DNA from: a virus
Length of the DNA stretch: 64,000 bases
Reading direction: 5' to 3' (one strand)
Virus record (IMG/VR): IMGVR_UViG_3300043570_002836
Coordinates: 32,512-96,511 of that record
The first letter of the stretch is position 1. The number at the start of each line of letters is the position of its first letter. A program made the translations under genes and the position numbers. The notes under the pieces are model-generated. The model did no database searches, was not told the DNA's origin, and saw only the letters and a list, made by a program, of their open reading frames with translations. Shown here piece by piece: positions 1 to 9,440 of the stretch.

Positions 1-1699
1 TTGATTCAGGTGTTAGACCCGCGTCACCACCTGGTACAGGACCTGGAGGTGCTGGAGGACCTTCCATTCCACCACCCATGTCGGGAGCTCCCATATCACC
101 GCCTGGCGCTGGCGGAGGAGTTGTTGTGGCATTTTGAGTACCACCTGATTTAGTTGCGTACAATTTGTCGATATTATCAAATAAACCTGTATGAGTGATA
201 ATTGTTGCCGTATTAACTAATTCAGCACCGACTGCTCTTTCAATTCTTTGTTGTTGTAAATCAAGTTTAATTTCATCATCTGAGAAACCTAAAATATGTT
301 TTTTAGCCCATGACGCTGAAACAGGTGCGATACCTTCTTGTGCTGGCATTACCGCATCTTTGTATAATAACATTTTTTCTTTCCAAATGTCAATTTTTAA
401 TAAATCGGCTTGTGAAGAAGGATTAGTTAAACTTAATGTAAAGTTAGATAATTCATCCTCAAATCCTAATAAAAATAAATGGATAATCGCGATTTTATTC
501 ATCTCAGCAATCATACATTTCTGTATTTTATTAATAGTTCTTGCAAAACGAATATCCATTAATGATAAGTCTTTACCACCACCGACAGGTTCCTCAAATC
601 CTAAGAATGCTTTTGGTACACGTAATGCCGTTAATAATTTCTTTTGGATGTATTCGATATCGGCAATCTCACCTAAGTTCTGAGCGCCTGGTAATGTTTC
701 GATTGGGGATGCTTGTGCGGGGTCACGTACAGGAATAAAATAATCTTGGTCAACCGCCATTTGGTTAAACCTCATATCAACATTACCTGTTGCTGAGTCA
801 ACAACTTGACTTCTTTTGAATTTGTTAGCAACACGTTGTACGTATGGTTCAACATCTTTATCATCCATGTTACCAACGAATACTTTAAATACACGTCTTT
901 CAGGTGCTCTTGATGTACGATAAATCAACATCGCATCCTCAGATAACAATAACTGTTTCCAAATACGTCTTGCTTTTTCTAACATTGAAGTACCATAAGG
1001 AAGTTTTCTATCATCCCCCAATAAACGGAAGTGAGCGATTTCCCATGTGTTAAATTCCATGTCTTTAACTTTCCATTTGAATCTTAAACCTTTGTTTTCA
1101 ATTGGTTCATCAACATTTGCTGATTTGGCAGCCATACCTCTTTCCAAACGTTCAATCTCGATGTTTGGTAATTGCATACAACCAATAATACCTTTTTCAG
1201 TATCTAACTTTAAGTAAACAAAGTTATCCCCATACTTACATGTGTTTCTTGTCCACATAGGTAAGTTGGTATTGATATCTAAAGCGTTATTAAATAAATC
1301 GGTTAGAATTGATTTAATACGTTTAGATTCTGAGTATATTTGTAACATGTAACCATTTTGGTCAACTGTTGTAGATTCCTCACCGTAGATGTCTAATGCT
1401 GCAGAAATCTCAGGAGTGTACTCCATTGATTCGTAATCATAAAATGACGCCAAACGTGTTGGTTCATAATAAACGGCTTGTGTGTATAGATTACTTTCAA
1501 TTTTAGACCATTGGTTAGCTAAAAAATAAGTTTGTTGTGCTTGTAATTTTTCCCTATCATAATCGTCCTTTGAAGTTGTTTTTAACAACTCTTTTTTGTC
1601 AAATTTATATGTGGGATAATCTTGATTTAATAATGAGTTTGGACCAAACGCGTGTGATAAACGTTGCCAAACTGTCAGATTATTTTGTTTATTTTCCAT
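1..1699 (-). CDS. Portal protein, T4 gp20-like (3' end runs off the window)
   Basis: Not in the ORF track; translated by hand from ATG at 1699: MENKQNNLTVWQRL...YDYESMEYTPEISAALDIY...LPYGTSMLEKARRIWKQLLLSEDAMLIYRTSRAPERRVF...IETLPGAQNLGEIADIEYIQKKLLTALRVP. These are gp20 portal hallmark motifs; adjacent to terminase. Confidence 0.92.
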   Translation of the reverse strand, partial: MENKQNNLTVWQRLSHAFGPNSLLNQDYPTYKFDKKELLKTTSKDDYDREKLQAQQTYFLANQWSKIESNLYTQAVYYEPTRLASFYDYESMEYTPEISAALDIYGEESTTVDQNGYMLQIYSESKRIKSILTDLFNNALDINTNLPMWTRNTCKYGDNFVYLKLDTEKGIIGCMQLPNIEIERLERGMAAKSANVDEPIENKGLRFKWKVKDMEFNTWEIAHFRLLGDDRKLPYGTSMLEKARRIWKQLLLSEDAMLIYRTSRAPERRVFKVFVGNMDDKDVEPYVQRVANKFKRSQVVDSATGNVDMRFNQMAVDQDYFIPVRDPAQASPIETLPGAQNLGEIADIEYIQKKLLTALRVPKAFLGFEEPVGGGKDLSLMDIRFARTINKIQKCMIAEMNKIAIIHLFLLGFEDELSNFTLSLTNPSSQADLLKIDIWKEKMLLYKDAVMPAQEGIAPVSASWAKKHILGFSDDEIKLDLQQQRIERAVGAELVNTATIITHTGLFDNIDKLYATKSGGTQNATTTPPPAPGGDMGAPDMGGGMEGPPAPPGPVPGGDAGLTPES

Positions 1700-1756
1700 A
1701 TAGTAATTTTAAATCTATTTATCAATAATTAAATAGTAACTCGTAATCAATAAATA

Positions 1757-3523
1757 TTATCTACGACCAAATAACCACCCATAAGTTTCATAATCATTTC
1801 GACTTGGGTTATATCCATTCGATTGTCTCATTCTATCTTGATAATGTGGTATAACGGGATTAAAATCTAAGGTTTTACTAGCTTCCTCATTATCACTAAC
1901 AGTCCAAGATTCTAACATTGATTTTGTTAATTCGGTTACTTTTGTTAAATTACTGAAAGATGATTCGCCAACATAAGTAGCCATTGCGATAGACATAAGT
2001 AAATCGTCATGTCGTCCTTTTTGGTGGTCAGGTCTACCATTAATGTAAATGAACGTATCCATTTCATTGTACAAACGATGACTATATATTTTAAAATCGT
2101 GTCTCATCGCCTCTTCATATGATGCGATAATCTGAACACGTTTATTATTAAAGTTAATTCCTGGTATCTTCTCTGCAGATTTTGGATTATATTTCCAAGT
2201 GTTACCTAATTCAACACCATCAACATATAAATCTTTATATCCTAATTCCTGTAATTTACGTGATGTGGATACTCCCATACCACCCGTGATATCTATTACG
2301 ATATAGGCTGAATACATATTGGCCCATTTATAACATATTTCAGCCATAGTGTCAGGAGGTAATTTACCGACAAATTCTGCAACTTGTTCACGAGTATCAA
2401 AATCGACTAATTGAAATGAACTAAAATCCTCACTATCCCCACGACTGACATCGACACCCATAATGTATTTATGGCCAATAACAGGGTCCTTCCAAATCCA
2501 TAATTGATTACCCAACATTTTATTTTGAGGTTCAACCAAATAATTCTCACGGATTTTTTGCATTAATCTTGAGTCAAATACGTTATCCCCTGAACTAAGG
2601 AAGTTACACTCTAACTCTTGAGAAACTTTACGTTTGTCGTATTTAAGTTTTTTAACCATTCTTTCAAACCAATCAGAACATGGTTTGTGCCCATCCTTAA
2701 TTAATTCTTTAGCAACCTCAAAATCTCTCTCTAAAAATGGTTTGTCAGCCCAACTAATAATTTTGGTTGGGTCATATTCTTCTTTATTTAAAAGATAATG
2801 AATAGCATCATCAGTTTTAACAAAATATAAGTCGCTAGTATAACGAGGGTCACGATACCAATACATTTCCGTAATTTTGAAATCATTCATATTACGTAAC
2901 GCTTGGTCATAAATCTCATAGTAAATTGGGTCATTACCGTTAGGTGTTGATACCACAATTACTTTACCCCCTGTAGATAGGGACGCCATACAGGCAGACC
3001 AAAAGTCACTGTCGGCTTCGATAAACGCTGCCTCATCAAATACAAGTATTGTTGGAGTAAATCCACGTAAAGCATCCTTAGATGTTGCAACCGCTTTAAC
3101 CTCACAACTATTTGTTAATTTCCAATGTTTGGTAGATTTTTTATTTGGGTCAATTCCGACATTAGTCCATGACGGCCATTGAGTTACAAACAACCTAATC
3201 TTATTCGCCATCTCGATTGATGTATCAAGTTTGTTGGCAATAATAAGAATTTTCTCAGGTTTTTCTTTTTTAGCAAAAGCTAATTTTTTTGATATCCAAG
3301 CGGCGGTAACTGTTGATACGCCCGCTTGTCGATATTTTAAGGCAATGTTCTCATTATAATCTTCATAATCCTGTAACAATTTGATTTGGTCAGGGAATAA
3401 TTCTAGTGGAACAAATTTTGATACTGTGTTATCGTATGTTTGTAGATACGTTCTTAAAGCGTATGAGGTGTCCCTCATACACTTTACGTATTCTAGTAAT
3501 ATTTGTTCTTTAGTTAATGACAT
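1757..3523 (-). CDS. terL: Terminase large subunit (T4 gp17-like)
   Basis: Walker A-like KYRQAGVST, Walker B LVFDEAAF, motif III VSTPNG, nuclease motifs GVDVSRG and HDDLLMS. Confidence 0.95.
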   Translation of the reverse strand: MSLTKEQILLEYVKCMRDTSYALRTYLQTYDNTVSKFVPLELFPDQIKLLQDYEDYNENIALKYRQAGVSTVTAAWISKKLAFAKKEKPEKILIIANKLDTSIEMANKIRLFVTQWPSWTNVGIDPNKKSTKHWKLTNSCEVKAVATSKDALRGFTPTILVFDEAAFIEADSDFWSACMASLSTGGKVIVVSTPNGNDPIYYEIYDQALRNMNDFKITEMYWYRDPRYTSDLYFVKTDDAIHYLLNKEEYDPTKIISWADKPFLERDFEVAKELIKDGHKPCSDWFERMVKKLKYDKRKVSQELECNFLSSGDNVFDSRLMQKIRENYLVEPQNKMLGNQLWIWKDPVIGHKYIMGVDVSRGDSEDFSSFQLVDFDTREQVAEFVGKLPPDTMAEICYKWANMYSAYIVIDITGGMGVSTSRKLQELGYKDLYVDGVELGNTWKYNPKSAEKIPGINFNNKRVQIIASYEEAMRHDFKIYSHRLYNEMDTFIYINGRPDHQKGRHDDLLMSIAMATYVGESSFSNLTKVTELTKSMLESWTVSDNEEASKTLDFNPVIPHYQDRMRQSNGYNPSRNDYETYGWLFGRR

Positions 3524-3526
3524 ACA

Positions 3527-5185
3527 TTAATCCTCGTCCATCCAAGACATGTCATCGTCAGAATCATCGTCTTCGTCTTCGTCAGGTTTATTACCATATT
3601 GTTTTTTAGTCATATATGATGGGTTTTGGTCCATTTGTTTTCTAAGACTTCTTGATTTTTCAACCAAACTACCGATATAATTCTCAGCAAATTCAGGGTC
3701 TTCTAAACCTAATGTAAATAATGACTTAGTTAATTTAAATAATTTATCTTTATTTTCGTTAGATAAAAATTTAAGTAAAAACGGTGTTAATTCTCTTTGT
3801 TCATTCACATCACTTACAACTCTGTTAAAAATTTTGTAAAATTCAATGTAAAATTTTTCACTGTATACCAAATCGTATGCTTCAACTTCTAATGAAGTGG
3901 CAGCTTTTTTAGTAAGTTCTCGTTGTCCTTTATCTTTAGGTCCACCAGCTGATGTAAAGAACATGATAACACCTTTAATTAATTCGTGAACTAATAATGG
4001 TAATGTTGATGCTCTTGCCTCAATAGTAAAAGGACCATTAGCTTTTTTAGGTTCTTGTGATGGGGTTCTTTCAGGTTCTTGAGATGGTTTTCTTTTAGGT
4101 TCTTCTGAATCATCAGAATCTTCAGAATCATCAGATGATTTACTTTTAGGTTGTTCAGAATCTTCGGGTGGTTTAACTTGGATTTGACCAATTTGTCCTC
4201 CACCTGAATTACCAACATTCCCGATGTCATCAAATAACCAATACATATGTAACATAATTGGTTGTATAACATTTGATATTTGGATAATTCTCTCACCACC
4301 AGGTAGTTCTGAAATTTTATCAGCACAAATTTCATATGCGTTTGAGTAGTATAATGACATACCTCTTCTGAACATATTAATAATCATTCGTCTTGATACC
4401 TCATCAGAAAATTCGTTCTTAGCTTTCTCAACAGTTGATGGTGAAATTTTAAAAGTTGACTCAACAGATTCTTTAACTTTTTCTTCATCAAAATCAACAC
4501 CTGCAGATTCGATATCACGTTTTAAATCTTCAATTTGTTGTTGTTTTTCAGCGTCGATGTCGGCAAATTTTTCGGCAATTTCCTCATCAGAAAAATTCTC
4601 AACTTTTGCTTTCATTCCTTGAAGTTGTTTTAAAAACCCTGTTGTAAGTTTACCATCCAATTTCAATTTAGCATTAAAGAACTCTCTATCAATACCCATC
4701 GCTTTTTCAACTGATTCTGCTGCAATTTCTTCAATCTCATCTTTGTTTCTCATTTGTAGTGAAATTAATTCACCCATCAAGTCACCAACAACACCCATGA
4801 AAACACGGAATGCGTTTTGAGAATCGGTTTTAAGATTTTGGTTAGCAATTGTCAAACGTCTATCAATACCTGAATTTCTACCCAATAATTCTTCTAAACG
4901 AACTATTGAATCTTTAAATGCCATTGAAGTAAAGAAATCAACTTGTGCTTGAGTTAAACCAAATTTACTAAGTGGTAATTCACCTCTTTCAATTTTACCT
5001 TGTAAATTTCTACTTGGTCTACCACCACCAACTTCAGACCCAAATGTCATTGGGGCTTCATTAATTTCTTTTTTAACTCTTTCTAAAAGATATTTTTCAT
5101 CTCTAGTTAAACCTTCACTAACTAATTTTCTTTCTAAAGTTTTTTTAACTTTAAAATATTTTTCCATGTTTTTGTTTAAGCTCAT
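3527..5185 (-). CDS. Hypothetical protein, probable virion/head component
   Basis: 552-aa ORF in the packaging gene block; acidic C-terminus. Confidence 0.6.
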   Translation of the reverse strand: MSLNKNMEKYFKVKKTLERKLVSEGLTRDEKYLLERVKKEINEAPMTFGSEVGGGRPSRNLQGKIERGELPLSKFGLTQAQVDFFTSMAFKDSIVRLEELLGRNSGIDRRLTIANQNLKTDSQNAFRVFMGVVGDLMGELISLQMRNKDEIEEIAAESVEKAMGIDREFFNAKLKLDGKLTTGFLKQLQGMKAKVENFSDEEIAEKFADIDAEKQQQIEDLKRDIESAGVDFDEEKVKESVESTFKISPSTVEKAKNEFSDEVSRRMIINMFRRGMSLYYSNAYEICADKISELPGGERIIQISNVIQPIMLHMYWLFDDIGNVGNSGGGQIGQIQVKPPEDSEQPKSKSSDDSEDSDDSEEPKRKPSQEPERTPSQEPKKANGPFTIEARASTLPLLVHELIKGVIMFFTSAGGPKDKGQRELTKKAATSLEVEAYDLVYSEKFYIEFYKIFNRVVSDVNEQRELTPFLLKFLSNENKDKLFKLTKSLFTLGLEDPEFAENYIGSLVEKSRSLRKQMDQNPSYMTKKQYGNKPDEDEDDDSDDDMSWMDED

Positions 5186-5193
5186 CTTATAAA

Positions 5194-6087
5194 TTATTTA
5201 ATCATTCTATTTTTTTTAACTTGTCCCATAAAAAATCTAAATCCGTCAGATTTTGCTTCAGGGTCATCAGATGGGTCTGGGTCATCAAAAGGGTCAAAAT
5301 CAGGTTTTGGTGTAATTGTCGGTGCTGGTTTTGTACCAGGTTTAGGTAATACTTCAGGATTTCTAGCTTCAGGGTCGTCAGATGGGTCTGGGTCATCAAA
5401 AGGGTCAAAATCAGGTTTAGGTGTGATTGTTGGTGCAGGTTTTGTACCAGGTTCAGGTAAAACTTCAGGTGACTCCATAATAGTTCTAATGAAATCTTTC
5501 TTAGTCATTTTAGGAAAAATCGAATTTTCAATAATTTGTGAAAATTCATCTTCTAAAATACTTTCCCATTTTAAACTTGGTTTAATGTCGGCAATTTTAT
5601 TACCCATGTTTTTGTTTGATGCTTTACCAATCATATCCATATAACCACCTTCTTTAGTTTCCACTTTTTTAGGTAATCCTTTATGTTTAGTTGATGCAAA
5701 ATCTTTAACGTCTTTCTTAGACATTTCTTTAGCGGCTTCACCCGCTTTACCTTTTTTAGGTGTTTTACCTTTTTGCATACTTCTAACAACACCAAAAAAT
5801 TCTTGTTGTTTTTTAGATACTGATTTTTCATTTACTTCATCTTCACGAATTTCTTCTTCATATGTTACAAAAGGTTTTTTTTCGGATTTTGCTTTATTAA
5901 TTGAAACCATATCAGTTTTTGGTATGTTCAATGTTTGTTCTTTAACAGTTTTTCTCTGTTTAACCAATCTTACGTGTAAGTGATTAATTTGAGATTCGTT
6001 AAGAGACATAACCAAAGATGGTTTTAACCCATAACCAATTAAGCTCAATTTTTTTTCGTTAGTTTTCATATACAACTTTTTTTTCAA
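5194..6087 (-). CDS. Hypothetical head-associated protein with DUF3008-like segment and tandem Pro/Asp repeat
   Basis: SVSKKQQEFFG...KDVKDFASTKHKGLPKKV resembles DUF3008; duplicated 35-aa unit near the C-terminus. Start probably near 6069 (MKTNE). Confidence 0.6.
   Translation of the reverse strand: MKKKLYMKTNEKKLSLIGYGLKPSLVMSLNESQINHLHVRLVKQRKTVKEQTLNIPKTDMVSINKAKSEKKPFVTYEEEIREDEVNEKSVSKKQQEFFGVVRSMQKGKTPKKGKAGEAAKEMSKKDVKDFASTKHKGLPKKVETKEGGYMDMIGKASNKNMGNKIADIKPSLKWESILEDEFSQIIENSIFPKMTKKDFIRTIMESPEVLPEPGTKPAPTITPKPDFDPFDDPDPSDDPEARNPEVLPKPGTKPAPTITPKPDFDPFDDPDPSDDPEAKSDGFRFFMGQVKKNRMIK
5255..5469. repeat. Tandem duplication, period 111 nt, encoding PEVLPxPGTKPAPTITPKPDFDPFDDPDPSDDPEA twice
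   Basis: Two near-identical copies visible in DNA and protein. Confidence 0.9.
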
Positions 6088-6469
6088 ATTCTAAAACGAT
6101 ATCACGTTCATATAATTTATCTTTAACTTTTTGTTCTTCATCACCAAAGTTAAACACTAATCGTTTTTTATAATTAAAGTCAATGTCATCATTTTCTTTT
6201 TCCCAACACAATGCGATAATACCATCCATTGAATCGGTCATACAAAAATAATCAGAATTTTGAATAACCTCCATTTCTATGGTATCATTTTTTAAAACTC
6301 CGACTTTCTTAATTAATTCTAAACTTGGAGGACTTGGGTATCCATTAGATGGTTTGGACTCCCAAGATTCTCCCCAGATTTCTTCCAAAGTATCTGAGAA
6401 AATAAATTCGTAAATATTATCTCCCTTATAGTTTGGCCCTAATTCATTGACATATATCAAATAACTCAT
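6059..6469 (-). CDS. Hypothetical protein
   Basis: 136-aa ORF overlapping neighbours in an operon-like arrangement. Confidence 0.7.
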   Translation of the reverse strand: MSYLIYVNELGPNYKGDNIYEFIFSDTLEEIWGESWESKPSNGYPSPPSLELIKKVGVLKNDTIEMEVIQNSDYFCMTDSMDGIIALCWEKENDDIDFNYKKRLVFNFGDEEQKVKDKLYERDIVLEFEKKVVYEN

Positions 6470-7791
6470 AGTAATTTAAAACCACCTTTAGTCGATACTT
6501 TTAATCTTTTATCTTCAACTTCAAACACGATGTCTTTACCAACTGTTTTACCTACTAATTTAGCCGTAGGGTATTTGCTTAAAACTTTAGCTGACGCTGC
6601 CTCTTGAGATTTACTCTCAGAAAGTTTTTGTATTTTATTAAATGTAGTTTCTTTTCTTTGTACGTTTTCTTTAACCAATTTTTTTGTTGGTTTAAAATAT
6701 TTACCTAATACTCTATCAACACTTGATTCAGAAAAAAGACTTTCAATCATGTCCTCAACTTGGAATGATTCGTCATCACTCATTTCATCGTGGTGAATTC
6801 TTCTACGTCTCGAACCTCTTGGTTTGAAATCTTCTTCTTCATCTTCTTCATCATCATCAAAGTTAAATCCTTCGGCCATTTCAGGTTCAGGTACTGCAGG
6901 TACTTCAGGTTCTAATTCTTCACCTTCTTCATCACCCATTTCATCACCCATTTCAGGTTCTTCCATATCCATGTCCATATCATCACCTTCTTCGTCATCA
7001 CCAAGACCTTCCAATTTGTCTAAGATATCTTCTTTATCTTCTTCTTCTAAGTTATTTAAATCTAAAGCCGATAATACAGAATTGATAACGTACTTAATAT
7101 CTTTTGATGGCATTTCATTTTCTTCGTCAGATAAAAACGTTCTAATTTTTTGTCCTAATTTTCCTGTGATTTTTTGAATTGATTTAAAAGTAACAACTTC
7201 ATCCTCATCATCTTCAGGTTCTTCCATGTCCATATCGTCTTCCATATCCATATCCATGTCTTCATCACCCATTTCAGGTTCAGGTAACTCTTCACCTTCA
7301 GGAGAAGGAATTGCCGAAGGGTCGGGAGCAGGTGCGGGTGCGGGAGCTGGTACAGGTGCGGGAGCTGGAGCGGGTGCCGCTTGTTCATCAGTTTCACCAC
7401 CACCTGAATTTAATTTTAAATAATATTTCATTTCCTCATCTTCACTTTCAAACAAAGAAACGTTTTTGTCGTAACCTTCGTTAACATTCACTTCTTTAGC
7501 GATTAAGTTTAATCTTTTAAATGCTTGTGAATATGAAGAATAGTATTTTCTATTTTTCATCGGTTCAATATAATCAGTCGATTCGTTCAAACCTTTTTTG
7601 ATTACATATCCGTTACGCTCTTTATCAATACGATAAGTATTTCCATCCGCCAAAGTAATAGTGTACTCAACAGACTTATCTTCATTTAGAGGTTTTGGTA
7701 TATTCTCTTTATATCTCGCAATTTCCATAATACGATTTATTTTAGCTAAACCTTCTAGTTTTTCACTACCAATTGGTCTTATTTTTCCCAT
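6466..7791 (-). CDS. Highly acidic putative prohead core/scaffold-like protein
   Basis: D/E/M-rich low-complexity tracts, (PA)n linker, TATTTAT motif upstream, close to portal and terminase. Confidence 0.5.
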   Translation of the reverse strand: MGKIRPIGSEKLEGLAKINRIMEIARYKENIPKPLNEDKSVEYTITLADGNTYRIDKERNGYVIKKGLNESTDYIEPMKNRKYYSSYSQAFKRLNLIAKEVNVNEGYDKNVSLFESEDEEMKYYLKLNSGGGETDEQAAPAPAPAPVPAPAPAPAPDPSAIPSPEGEELPEPEMGDEDMDMDMEDDMDMEEPEDDEDEVVTFKSIQKITGKLGQKIRTFLSDEENEMPSKDIKYVINSVLSALDLNNLEEEDKEDILDKLEGLGDDEEGDDMDMDMEEPEMGDEMGDEEGEELEPEVPAVPEPEMAEGFNFDDDEEDEEEDFKPRGSRRRRIHHDEMSDDESFQVEDMIESLFSESSVDRVLGKYFKPTKKLVKENVQRKETTFNKIQKLSESKSQEAASAKVLSKYPTAKLVGKTVGKDIVFEVEDKRLKVSTKGGFKLL

Positions 7792-7868
7792 CTTATTTTT
7801 TTTTAAAAATTATTTTATATATAAATATGTAATCAAATAGAAATGTTAATTAATTCTATTTAATGGCG

Positions 7869-8621
7869 TTAATATCTAAACTCTTTTAACGTAAGTTTTT
7901 TATCCGTTAGTTCATCTTTTAAATTTCTTATTTTTTCTAAATACCCATTTCTTCTTAGTACTTTGAAGACCAAATTTTCTTCGGAATATTCACCATCTTT
8001 TTGTAATCCACAAGTACGGTATTTTCTAAGTTTTTCATTATACTTATCAATCAGTTTTTTGGACTCATCAAAATCTTCATCTTTAACATTATCAACAAGA
8101 TTATCAATGATGTTCATCCATTGTTGTGATTTTGATTTAATTTTACCGTGATTGATATCAACAGTTTCACTAACAGGTGTCTCAACCCATTCGTCATTTA
8201 AGATTGAATATTTAGCGATACTCTTAACCTCATTTACCATAGACTCATCTTCAACATATAATTCAACTTCATAACCATAGATTGTGATATCGTGTTTTTT
8301 ATTATAAATTGTTTTCTTTAATTTGAATAAGTCCTCATATAAAGGTTTTTCTGAATTATTAAATTGTGAAAAATCCGCTAAGATATGTATATCAACATCT
8401 GAGTAATCGGACCAATTATAATTTGCCAATGAACCTGACATTATAATATCAGATATTACAAGATTCACATCTAAAAATTCAATAAAATCATTACCAATTT
8501 TTAATAATCGTTCTCTAACTTTTGGTTTCATGGTATAACTACCATTTGTTTTTTCCCAAATGTCAGTATTTAAAGTTTCCTTTAATTTGAAACTTTTTAA
8601 TATTTTACGAAAGTCACTCAT
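7869..8621 (-). CDS. Pol-beta superfamily nucleotidyltransferase-like protein
   Basis: GS...DxD signature SGSLANYNWSDYSDVDIH; later acidic residue in VELYVED. Confidence 0.7.
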   Translation of the reverse strand: MSDFRKILKSFKLKETLNTDIWEKTNGSYTMKPKVRERLLKIGNDFIEFLDVNLVISDIIMSGSLANYNWSDYSDVDIHILADFSQFNNSEKPLYEDLFKLKKTIYNKKHDITIYGYEVELYVEDESMVNEVKSIAKYSILNDEWVETPVSETVDINHGKIKSKSQQWMNIIDNLVDNVKDEDFDESKKLIDKYNEKLRKYRTCGLQKDGEYSEENLVFKVLRRNGYLEKIRNLKDELTDKKLTLKEFRY

Positions 8622-8651
8622 CAGTAATAAATACTTGATAAATATAATTTA

Positions 8652-8894
8652 TTACAGTTTTTTGAATTTATATACTTTCGCAATTTTACCACTAAAAAAT
8701 TTACCCTGAGATTCTGAAGTTCTCATTTGCGTAAATAATTGATGAGGTACGTCTAAATACTCATATCGAATACCTGTGTTAAATTCAATAATTAAATGTT
8801 TGGTTGCGGTATCGTATTCCGCTCTTTTAAAATTACTTGATTTAACTTCACAAATTATTTTAGTTCCGATGATTTCTTCTTTTAAAATTGACAT
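8652..8894 (-). CDS. KTSC domain protein
   Basis: SSN...YD...LIIEF.TG..YEY.DVP...ESQGKFF pattern. Confidence 0.8.
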   Translation of the reverse strand: MSILKEEIIGTKIICEVKSSNFKRAEYDTATKHLIIEFNTGIRYEYLDVPHQLFTQMRTSESQGKFFSGKIAKVYKFKKL

Positions 8895-8897
8895 AAG

Positions 8898-9344
8898 TTA
8901 AGCTATTTTAGTTAATGTTGCGGAATAATCACCTTCAACACCTTTTATTTCCCCAACACCCGCAAGTGTAAATTGGCTAGCTTTTGTTTTTGCGGCTTGA
9001 ACCATTTTATTAATTTGGTTTTGGTCAAGTTTAAATAATTTATCTGTATTATCTTTCGCCCAAACCATTCCTTTACTATCTTTCCATATTGCAACAACAC
9101 CAATACCTCCTTTATAAACACTGAAACCTAACTTTGTAACATTCACGGCAACTTTATATTTAGTCTTAACACCATTGTATTCCAACGATAATGGACCACC
9201 ACTTGATGTGTTTGTCGGAGATATTTTAACGTTATTAACAACAACTTGTTCCATTAATGGTTTTTTCGATTCTTCAATAACTCTTTTGACAATTCTATTT
9301 AAATCAGACTCAGTTAATCTTATTACTTTTTTCATTTTTTTCAT
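8898..9344 (-). CDS. Hypothetical virion protein with shared N-terminal leader
   Basis: Begins MKKVIRLTESDLNRIVKRVIEE. Confidence 0.65.
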   Translation of the reverse strand: MKKMKKVIRLTESDLNRIVKRVIEESKKPLMEQVVVNNVKISPTNTSSGGPLSLEYNGVKTKYKVAVNVTKLGFSVYKGGIGVVAIWKDSKGMVWAKDNTDKLFKLDQNQINKMVQAAKTKASQFTLAGVGEIKGVEGDYSATLTKIA

Positions 9345-9440
9345 TTTTTTATTATAGTGTTTTATGGTATTAAAACATCAATTTATTTTATGATTGAGTT
9401 TTAATAATAATTATCCTATAATTAATAAAAAAACAAAAAT

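Noticed and set aside
195-1728. Plus-strand ORFs 195-683, 541-738 and 1537-1728
   Set aside because: Shadow ORFs antisense to the portal gene, which the track missed because it has no stop in the window.
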